NCBI GenBank assembly: GCA_951406725.2
Contig: OX597823.1
Location: 72,974,001 to 73,038,000, forward strand
Direction of reading: 5' to 3'
DNA: 64,000 bases
Source of the DNA: Octopus vulgaris
Lineage: Eukaryota
This document shows positions 53,790 through 64,000 of this stretch, piece after piece. The position numbers were made by a program, and so were the translations under genes. The notes under the pieces are model-generated. The model was not told the origin of the DNA and did not search any database. It was given only the letters and a program-made list of their open reading frames with translations. The number at the start of each line of letters is the position of its first letter. Positions within the stretch are counted from its first letter, which is position 1.

Positions 53790-54290
53790 GTGATACGAAG
53801 GGGAACCCTCGTTATACAGGAGTATGACAATAAAAAAATACCAGAATGCATGTTACCCTGGCGGCGAACCAGCATGCCTTTTTAGAAAAGCATTAGATAA
53901 GACTAATCTACGGATTAAAATAGTAGAAAGGCATAGAGCTCCCATAAATTCCCTGATCTGTAGACCTTATCGCTTCGATAGGTCCTCGTGTACAAAGAAC
54001 AATTGTATAGTATATAGGATGAACCCACGGGTTAACTGTAAAATTAGAAATATAGTATATAGCTTACGATGTACGAGGAGACGGTGCAGAAACAAGACGA
54101 CTACTTAGTTTGAAGAGACAGCATGCGGTATAGGTGGGGCGTATATGTATCACACTGGCGGGAGCCCAAAGAGGATAAAAGCTCGTCAGTGGTCTACCAA
54201 CATGCTCAAGCAGAACGTAGAGGCTCGGTTAATAACATTGAGGTTAAGGTAATATCAACGCAAGGAAGTGACACGAGACTTAGATGAATC
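53790..54290 (+). pseudogene. Decayed PLE Cys-rich linker + GIY-YIG endonuclease remnant
   Basis: LRIKIVER..CTKNNCIV..NCKIRNIVYSLRCTRRRC..EETA (Y-x-GET-like), then SSVVYQHAQAE. Stops and frameshifts. Confidence 0.65.
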
Positions 54291-54677
54291 ACAGAGGGTA
54301 CGCACATAACACTAAACAGACCGAGCATCAACAGAAAATACAAATGGAACAATACCCCCCCCCATACACACACACACGCGCGATGCAAAATGACGATTCA
54401 TCTCTCTGCCGTTGATGCATAGACAAAGAATGCCAACACAAACCTTGGTGTCACGCTTAGCCAGTGACCTTGCTAAAAAAATATATATCATTATCGATCT
54501 CACATGGCTTGTTGGTCCCACTGCTAGCGGCGACAGGGATTTATCTCACCTCTAGTGATGTAAACAAGAGTATATTTTGCACCAAAAACCAATATGTTTG
54601 TTTTTCTCATGGTACTACCGTAGTATAGTTTCTTTTGATAGAGCATCCACGTTTTAATGGGGAAAAGCATGTATTAC

Positions 54678-54728
<51 letters not shown>

Positions 54729-55001
54729 CCTGTATATATATATATATGTGTGTGTGTGTGTATGTGTGTGTGTGTGTGTGTAGTACGTTAGTTTGTTCAA
54801 ATCATTTAAAACTTGATTATTTTCAATGAATTTTGAAGTAATCATGTCAGCCAGTACAGCCACCAGCTGTTGGTGTTCGTTGTCTGGATTGATACGTTCT
54901 CAGGGTGACCTTTTAATTATTTCTGGTGGTACAATGGTATAGTGTATAGCATCCTAAACATTTGTTTGTTTGTTTCTTTGTTTATGTTCCTTCCTTGTAT
55001 G

Positions 55002-55435
55002 CTAAGTGCAGTTGATCTTATTCCATTTCAAAATGTTTTTTTCGAATTCCAGAAACGCTGTTTTGCTTTTATGTTTACATAATATAAGCGCTTCGGACGT
55101 GATGATTTCCAGAGATTTTTCTAGACAAAAGTTGCATATCGGCGGTGTTTCGTTGTATGGTGCAGCATTTTTTATAATAGACCAGTGGCTGGTATGCTCC
55201 ACTCTTTTCTGTTTGAGCCACGAGACGATGTTCCATAGTGATATGGAGTGCCTTTTGTTAATATTTGAAAATAATATAAGAAAGTTGTGCAGACGACTTT
55301 ACATGTTGTCTCCGTTGTCACCAATGTACACGTATTTTTGCGCAGCGACATTCACCTTATATTTGTAAACGACATTCTTTATCATGCATTTGCTGTTAAA
55401 CAAGCTTTCCTCTTTACGTCTGAAGTTACATGTGA
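55002..55435 (-). pseudogene. Decayed PLE GIY-YIG endonuclease remnant (CNCR..C type, Nematis-like by recollection)
   Basis: Minus: TCNFRRKEESLFNSKCMIKNVVYKYKV..YVYIG..*SRLHN..VSWLKQ..HWSIIKNAAPYN..CNFCLEK..CKHK. Confidence 0.75.
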
Positions 55436-57460
55436 TATTATTTTTTTCTTTTCTCTCCTCCTGTAATGTACTCAATTTCCTTGTGTATAGAGTAGATTGT
55501 CTGTTGTGTGGTGTTGCTTGGATTCATTTTTGCTATAGGTGAATTTGTTATTGTTAATATAACTATATTTGTCCTAAATTATATGGGTACAGCTCGGTGC
55601 AACCTAAACAACTAGTTCATCAGTCAGCATTATTAGACAGTGGTCAAGATAATGGAATAGGAGCTTTATTTCCCGTAAATGATGGGGTAGGACGAAACTG
55701 TTGTGTATGTGTATGTGTGTGTGTGTTCGTGTCTGTGTGAGTGGCGTATTTGTGTGCGTGTGTTACTAACTGTTTTACTATATGTGTGCGTATGCGTGAG
55801 GTAAAGCAACTAGATCAAATGTGTGTGAGAGCTTATGCACACATGTGTATGAATGGCTATTAGTATGGAACATCATTGATTTACGTAGTTGAGGAAGCAG
55901 CTACGGTGAAGATGAATAAGCGTGATACAAGATTATTCCACGCTGTAAGAAATTATTATGGGAATCACTGAGTGAAATAAAGTGTCGGTTACTAGCATAA
56001 AGATCAGTTGGGCGTTGTTCTGAAGATGAAGTCTTGCGAAGGCAGTCATTTAAACGATGTCCAATTTCCATCACATGTTTCGAAATGCAAGGTTTACCTT
56101 CGATACGATATATGAGGTTCATTTGATTAACACACATTTAAAATTATCAGTGGCAGAGAACTGCATTTTGCCTCCAATAATTGCATGTTGTCGTATATAA
56201 ATTGACAGGTAAAACAAACAACATTAGAACATTAAATGAAATCAGGTGTTTATTACAGGAGGGAAGGCGTGGATTAGAACAGATTAGTAAAAGCTTAGAG
56301 GCTAGTTAATATTATGAAGGGTGTTTCGCTGAAGATTTAAAGCAACTTTAATGAGATCAATTGCCATATAAAAAGAAACGCAGGCATTGGGTGAGGTGTG
56401 TGAGTTTAAGATAGCAGAGGAGAAATTCTGTTATATAGGACTATGTAAAGTTAGAGGATAGTCTGTTAAAATGAGGAAATAGGGAATTTCTTTAGATTTC
56501 AAAAGTTTTTAAAGTGCAGTTCATGGAAAGGAAGAAAGTGCAAGAATAGGTTAGCGGTCTTTGATAAGGAAAATTGTGAATTACAAAGATGAACAGCTAT
56601 GCGGGCTAGTTAGCGCCTTTAGAATACAGTGTGGTAATGGCTATCTCCTTCAATAACACGAGATAACACCGAATGAGTGCTTTCATACTTCAATTGTGAA
56701 TGAAATAGTATACATTGTGTAACGAAAACATTCCACTTGCTGGCGATTTCGATATCACAAAATCTGACGCAGTGTGTGTTGTCTCGATGGGATCCTGGGT
56801 AGTGTTTCTCCTTGGAAATTAACCAACATTCTCAGATTCCATAACATCAACATAGAAAAGAATACAGTCTAATAAATCGCTACTGAAACGGATTCAGAGA
56901 GAAAACCATTGGTGTTGAGGTGAATCTTTGTACAACACATATGTCCACTAATATTGGCTTGCGACGATGCAAAAGGATGCTTCACATAATCAATGAGAAC
57001 AAAACTTACAAGGTACCAATGAATTTCATGACTTCTGCCATGTTCACAATTCTAAAATGTTACCTCGTAGGATCACACCCACAAGCCAGTAGTGGAGTGT
57101 TGAAACTCTGTATAAAGATAGAGGGAAATCATAAAATTCGTGTGTGTATAGGTGTACTTCATTTAGTGATCACTTCTATTACAAGAGAGGTAATTATTTC
57201 TTCATAATATTTAGTGGAATTTCAAACTAGAATTTGAAATTAGGAAATTATAAGGAAAAAGATTCATGGAATTCGCATGCATATATTGTTTTACTTAGTC
57301 GATGATAATCAGATATAGCAGTAATTCGTTCTTTTTCCGGAATAATTAAGTAGTTTATGAAATAAAACACGTCATTTGAAGAATGGGAATCTAGAGGAAA
57401 TGAATGAAATGAGCGTTATATTTTCTTTCTTCATAAGGCATTAGTATTTTAGGAGAAACG

Positions 57461-58080
57461 TTAGACTTTATGTTGGGGATAATGATTATTTGTTGGGAAT
57501 TTTACCGTATGCTCGCAACGGCTGAAAATTTCAGACCTAGATTTCAGTAGAGAGTTAGGGATCTTAGATCTGAACAGGATCTGCGCTGTTTCAGTTAAAC
57601 AAAGCATACATTTATTCGATTCTTTAACATAAGATATGGATTCTAAATTATTTTCCACTTAATCACATTTGGTGTTTCGTTCTCTCAAACTTCATAGGAA
57701 GCTAGCAAGCTTAGTAGCTTTTCTTTTGCGCTTATATCGGAAGCAGGCACAGCGATTTAAAATTTTTCTTTCATGTAATCCAATACAAGTCTTCTTATCA
57801 GTTTTATTATTTAGGATTACAGTAACTTCTGCTTCATAAATGATAGCTTTAATCATACATCGTTGCTAAAGTGTACAGGATCCTGGGTCGCGACAGTTAC
57901 AACTAGATTTAAGCTGCTGGTATTGATCACGTGTAGTGATATTCTTCATGCTGGGACAGCATCTATATGATAATTTAATAGAACGGCTATTAAACATTTT
58001 CCTGTGTCTGTGAGTAGCTGGAAAATGTTTGTCTAGGAGAAACACTTTTCCATATTTGAATAGTATTCCCATCGTAATCT
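57461..58080 (-). pseudogene. Decayed PLE post-RT region + GIY-YIG remnant (CNCR..C type)
   Basis: LLDKHFPATHRHRKMFNSRSIKLSYRCCPSM..SCNCRDPGSCTL*QRCMIKAIIYEAEV..CIG..KCMLCLTE..LLKSRSEIFSRCEH. Confidence 0.8.
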
Positions 58081-59337
58081 GTAAAACTGGCCCGCCTGAA
58101 GATGTAATTATTTCTTAGACCCCCACATGTCGATACAGTTCTGAGTAATATTTTTTTTTTGGCAAATGTTTACGCTGTTTTTCTGTAGGGTAAATTAAAA
58201 TGCCAGGATATAAATGTTTATGCATGGTGTCTACAGTAAAATTCTCATTTTGAATTGAAGATATTCAGTCGTTTATCTCTTAGGAAATATTTCTATGTTG
58301 CAGAAATTGTTTCATTGTGTAATATTTTTGTTAAGCATATTCAATGCTGTTATTTTCTGTCAATCTCCAAACGGTTCTTTCTTGTATATGATGTAAAATT
58401 TTCCGCAACATCGCATTACATTTGCAGATGTATTTCAAAAAGATATATGCGCTTTCAGATACACAATAACAACACTTGGAGCAGAAATTAAAATATAGTT
58501 GAAGCTAGAAAGTTTTATGATAGTCTCCAGAATATATAATTTTATAGTTGGATACGCTTATCACTGAATATCATAAATATCCATATTACCAAGCGCTTGC
58601 TACTATAAGTTCATAGACTCCTCCGCCACAAACAAACACACAAACTAAAAAAATATACACACCTTCACAAACGTATGTAACGTCATCTGGAGATAATGAA
58701 ATAATATCTATATAATCAGGTAAAGTTTTAAATTTAGTTGTTTATTGGAATGATAATTAGCGTTCGAATGTGTGTTTATTATCGTATATGTACTTATTTG
58801 CATAGTATTCATACATACCCGTTCACATGTTTATATATATGTAAATGCATAACTATGACCGTTTACGAATTTATTGTAATTTTCTTGTGAGTCAATGTGA
58901 GGAGGTGGTTTATCATAAAAAAAACATACGCTCACGGGGATCTGATAATCTATAGACAGTCATTTTTGATTTTCAGTTTTATTGATAGCAAATACATTAA
59001 AGATTATACATTATCAAAAACTATTACTGTGCCATCGGTATAAATAAATATATGCATAAATTTATACACCTGTGTTTATAGGCGTGTTTGTGCATTTGTG
59101 TGCGTATGTGTATATGCAAACGCGTATGTGTCAGAGAGACAGCGTGAAAGAGAGAGACGGTTAAATAACTATATTTGATTGAATTTATTGATTAAAAATA
59201 TCATCGGATATTTTCCTCCCCAAAATGCCTAATAATGCAATTATGATTTTTAATACCAAATATCCATCGCATAATAAACACACAAATACTCAAATACACA
59301 AACACGCACACACACGCATACAAGCATACGTACATAC

Positions 59338-59379
<42 letters not shown>

Positions 59380-59633
59380 ATGCGTGAATATGTATATTTA
59401 TATATATACATATATGTGTGTATATATATGTATGTATGCGTGTATGTATGTATTGATATAGACATATACGTTGGTCTCTTCATCTCTCTAGATATTCAGA
59501 TAATAGCAGTTTAAGCACAAAAAATAAATTAGTCAACATATTTCATATTAAGAGTAATTTCATATACTGCCCTGCTGAATAATATAATACCAGACTGCTT
59601 TGAGTGCAAATATATATGTGTGTGTGGTGTGTA

Positions 59634-59701
<68 letters not shown>

Positions 59702-59745
59702 CATATATACATATATATATATGTGTGTATGTATATATACGTGTA

Positions 59746-59792
<47 letters not shown>

Positions 59793-59799
59793 GCATATG

Positions 59800-59831
<32 letters not shown>

Positions 59832-60621
59832 AACATATATATGTATATAGGTATGTATGAATGAATGAATGTATGTATGTGTGTGTGTATGTGTGTATGT
59901 ATATGTTATGCGGTAGAGTATGGTCTGATATATTCAGTATCAATATTATTGAATATTCTATCGAAATACGTGAATAAAATTCATATGGTACATAACATCG
60001 ATTCACTTTTTTAAATTAGACCTACGTTCGAAAACATATTCCAGTTAAGAAGAAGAGTATAAAATATTGCATTAAAATCTCCCTCTTTTTTTTTCTTTCA
60101 CGTGCAGGTATTATTTTATTTTTGTTTTGTCACTTAAGAGTTGGGAAAAAAACCTCCGAAAGTGGATTTCGCGAAAATTGCCATTTATGTGCATATATTT
60201 GCGTATTTAAATACTAAACATTTTTTATGTATTACTGATATACATACTTGATAAATGCTTATATATAAGAAAGACATGTACGACCCTATCTGTATTGTAA
60301 GTATACCTACACTTTGCAGAATATCATTTTATAGTGTAACAAACTCCATTGGTCTTTTCATTCTGCTAATAATTTTAAGAAAAAATCTGACTTGAACATT
60401 AAAGACCATGTGGGGTTGCTACAGTCCTTGATAATATATGCCTGAATCTAAAAGCTGAAGCAGCCTTGGTTAGAATTCTCTGTGTTCGTATATAACCTGG
60501 AATGGAACATAAACATTTATATTGCGTAGCAGATTTCTTAACGAAATGACTATTATGCTCTGCGCAGTTAGTAATGAGGCAGAATCCAGTTTGATTTTAA
60601 CAGTTATTTTTCACAGCTATA

Positions 60622-60706
60622 ATGGAAGTAACTGAGGAGCATATTCGGCATATATTGATTTATGATTTCAATAAAGACAACAGCGCTACGGAAAGTGTGA
60701 AGAACT
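60622..60706 (+). pseudogene. N-terminal fragment of a mariner transposase
   Basis: MEVTEEHIRHILIYDFNKDNSATESVKN resembles the mariner HTH start (EH-x-RH-x-L-x-Y-x-F-x-KG). Confidence 0.6.
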
Positions 60707-62069
60707 TCGAAGCCTTACAATTACAAGTATAACGCACATTCACGCACGCACACATGCAGTCCTTTAAACTCGTGTGAGCAGAAAAGTAAGACAATATAAA
60801 GCGTAAGAAGGGCGTCCAAATTCTACTTAAGGCGCTAGAAAATAATGCTAGCTGGAAAAGTGGAATATGTGTACCACTGACAAAAGTGTATTCGTGAAAA
60901 AATTTGAAATACAGAGAATTTCAGTGCGATTCCAAAATCGAAGTCAAAACAAACATTAAATATCAGAATATAGAATACAAAGAGATGCACTTCTGGAAAC
61001 TCACCACAAAAGTTACAACGAGCAGAAATACATTTTTTTCTGTTTACCACGAAGAAATTCGTTGCATGAGATGTTTAAATTCTGCAGAGAAGAAAGCATA
61101 GCTGCTTTCATACAACATTACCCTTTTTTACATGGGGGAGATATCAGCAGGAATAATTCTGCTATATGATATTACTTTTTTTTATAATTGCTATAGTAAT
61201 AGAAAGGTTTTTACATTAACTCTTGTACCATACTGAAATGCCAGTGACATTTCTTTGAGGGTATTACAAGTCGTGATGATGTTATCATTTAATATCAAAT
61301 GCGTGCAGAAGTACACTTTTGATACCAATTGTTGCCACTCCAATCAATGTAGTGAAGATGAAGTATTGCTTTTCCTTCTATTCGATGCTTGTTTAAACGG
61401 TTTTGATCTTGATTGTGGTATCGCGCTGAGTCTCTTTTTTTTCCCTCTACCTCGCCAGTCTACCATTCCTCTGTCAGTGTCACGGAGTACTTCTTCACGT
61501 TTCAGCGACTGGATTGGCGGAAGTAATTTATCTCTAAATAGAACTAACAAACTGACATAATTTCACTAATCTTCCTCTTATTGTATTACTTCTGTTAGGC
61601 TATGTGTACGTAAGCTTTTATGTGCATGTAGTCGGGCAAAATGTAAGTACGATGAATGATCAACTAATTGTAAGCTCTTCCCTTATATGCTTATTTTTTC
61701 TTTTATTATGCATCACGGTGAAGTTTTCTTCATTGCCATATGGTTTTTTTTTTATCCGATTGAGGAACAGGTTGTACATAGAGAAAACTCTACCACAACT
61801 GGCTACTGGATGCACTAGAGATTACTGAATTGTTCCAAAGCTTCGGGAATAAGCATGATTATGCATTTGTACAATATGATGTCTGTATTATAATTCTTTA
61901 ATATATCCTATACTATTGAATAAGGTCCAAATATTCGCTAAGCAGAACACTAGTCTATCTACGTCTGATATTGTCATAATCGTAGCTGCAAGTAATACAC
62001 AAATAAATTATGATGGTAATCGCTGGACAAGATCTGATAGAATAGAGGGTTTAGATATAAAAATGGGGT

Positions 62070-62340
62070 TCAGAAAGAACAGTATATAGAGTTACATAGC
62101 CTGGGCTCAAACAAAAGAATTTACATATATAGGTGAAGTTTCAAAACGCGATGGTATAACTGCATTTCAGCATTTCAAAGACAAAAAGTGCAACACATCT
62201 CTCGACAACCCACCGAAAACAAAAGGCAACGCAACATCTGGTCAGTGACAAAAACTACGAACCCGTACAATACAAACACAAGAATATGCAATAAGACCGT
62301 GTGTGTCTTACTGTACGAGAATGAATGGACTATCAGACAC
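62070..62340 (+). pseudogene. Decayed PLE GIY-YIG remnant
   Basis: Fragments VYRVT, FTYIG, FKTRWYN.ISAF and NIWSVTKTTNPYNTNTRICN parallel 55002-55435. Confidence 0.6.
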
Positions 62341-64000
62341 TCTGAGAATATTATGAGGAATAACCATATACTTAGCAAAACTCTCAAGGAATTCTTGAGA
62401 ATATATTTAACACAGGATCTTTAATTAGATTATTAACATAAGTGAATAACATATCCCTGAATCCTTCTATAACCAGATGGGTTTCATATATCAACGTCAC
62501 TATTTCTGTAGGGATTTATATTAACATATGCGGAAATACCCGTGTTTATCTATGATTGTTGAATTATCTTTCAACAATATGGTAAATTTTCATTTTTAAT
62601 TTTAGCTTGTATATTATTGATTATCGTATTGATGATATATGTAACGTATATATGCATATATGTGTGTATTTGTGTGTACGTGTGTGTGTATGCGTGTGTG
62701 TATGCATGCATGTATGTATGTACGTATGTATGTAGATGGAAGTGTGTGTGCTTGCATTTATGAATATAAAAGAATGGAAAGTGATTGCTTGTTCCTTAAC
62801 CATTCAAAATTTTAATTACTAGCTTTATTTATCAGCTTATTTCATCAATAGACACACTTCGTCGTAGTGGGTGAACAAGATAGACATAATTGCCCGCAAG
62901 CCCCTTGTATATCAGTTAGAGGCGAACTTTTGAACTTTTGTGGTCAGACGACCTAATGACCTTAGGAGAGTCACTAGTTAATAAGACATAAGGATCTGCA
63001 GACACAAATTATGTTAAATTATTGGTTTATCTAGGTTTTGATACCTTTTCCTTCCACTTTTGTTCTTTTTGCACCGCATTGCTTGACGTGTTTGGATTGT
63101 GGGTTTATGATGTGAGGGTATTTGGTTTCGTTTTAACTAATATCTAATAATGGAGTGATAATAATAGCATGAACGTGGGATATATATTCTGTGAAATAAG
63201 GCTTAATTCATTAAATATTTGTACATGCACCTGAAGAATCAGCTCTTACCAATATTTTTGAAATAACAACGATACGATCTATTATTTCATATATCATACA
63301 AAAATATTTCGGCAATGATCGTCTGTTAAAGTGAAGATGAAACAATTGTAGCGTTATGCAATAAAAACGTTTTGCTCAATATTTTATAGATAGTCATGTA
63401 TATATTCAATGGATATTCACAGATTCCTAAAATATCTTCAATAATAAGATTGGTACTTCACTGTGTGTGTGTGTGTGTGTTGGATTGTAAATATATACAC
63501 AAGAAAATATGTATGTTCAAATATCAATAATAGAGCCTTTCATAGCTCAACTCAACATACAATTAACATGTATTTCAACTTTATCGGGCACGTTGAATTA
63601 TACAGTAAATGTTGCCAAGTCAGAAACCTTCTTTAGTAAAGCCCCCTCAATATTGTTTATTCACCCAAAGCACTGCTAAAATATTTGGCACAAAATAGTG
63701 AAAACTATTTCCTTAATGTTCAGTCAAACGGATCTAATATTCTAACACATTGCAATTAATCATTTCACCTTGATGACAACATGTAGGAAAACTGAAATTT
63801 CATCCTCTCCCTTCTCAACACTTACCTAAGCATGGCTAAAATGCCGCGTCTTCTCTTTAAATTGACCAGACAAAAGCCAATACGAATAACTCCGAATAAT
63901 ATCGGATAAATGGCTTTCGAGGCTAGCGTTTAATATCGAACAGATATAAATATATAGAAGCAAAAGTGTGTGCATACATACGTGCATACACACACTCATT

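Noticed and set aside
54855-54910. Hammerhead-like CTGAGAA..ACGAACA (-) downstream of a PLE remnant
   Set aside because: Both cores deviate; too weak to call
56260-56690. Possible LINE C-terminal relic (-)
   Set aside because: Only vague similarity; not supportable
61255-61560. 101-aa and 68-aa overlapping ORFs
   Set aside because: No family motif or splice evidence; compatible with chance

Overview
This is AT-rich, microsatellite-dense eukaryotic DNA. I could not identify any host exon, rRNA, tRNA gene or CRISPR array, so it reads as intergenic or intronic. Its SINE families resemble those I recall from octopus/cephalopod genomes; that is an inference, not a database match. Most ORFs in the track are microsatellite or antisense artefacts. 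The window contains: (1) a very young 5'-truncated Neptune-type Penelope-like element (PLE) at ~14219-17275, inserted in (TA)n, with ~1.24-kb inverted pseudo-LTR arms that each carry a variant minimal hammerhead ribozyme; (2) four older PLE GIY-YIG remnants; (3) several families of short non-coding (TA)n-embedded elements with minimal hammerhead motifs, some with core variants; (4) RLE-type (R4/Dong-like) non-LTR 3' ends, some stacked in (AAT)n tracts; (5) a full-length decayed mariner, a Gypsy RT remnant, CR1/L2-like and RTE-like LINE remnants, and a MITE; (6) many tRNA-derived SINEs; (7) a ~1.04-kb near-perfect inverted duplication (45901-46942 vs 48996-50060) whose left copy appears to be a templated insertion splitting an old SINE at microhomologies. 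All alignments, translations and folds were done by eye; element ends are approximate unless a junction is quoted.
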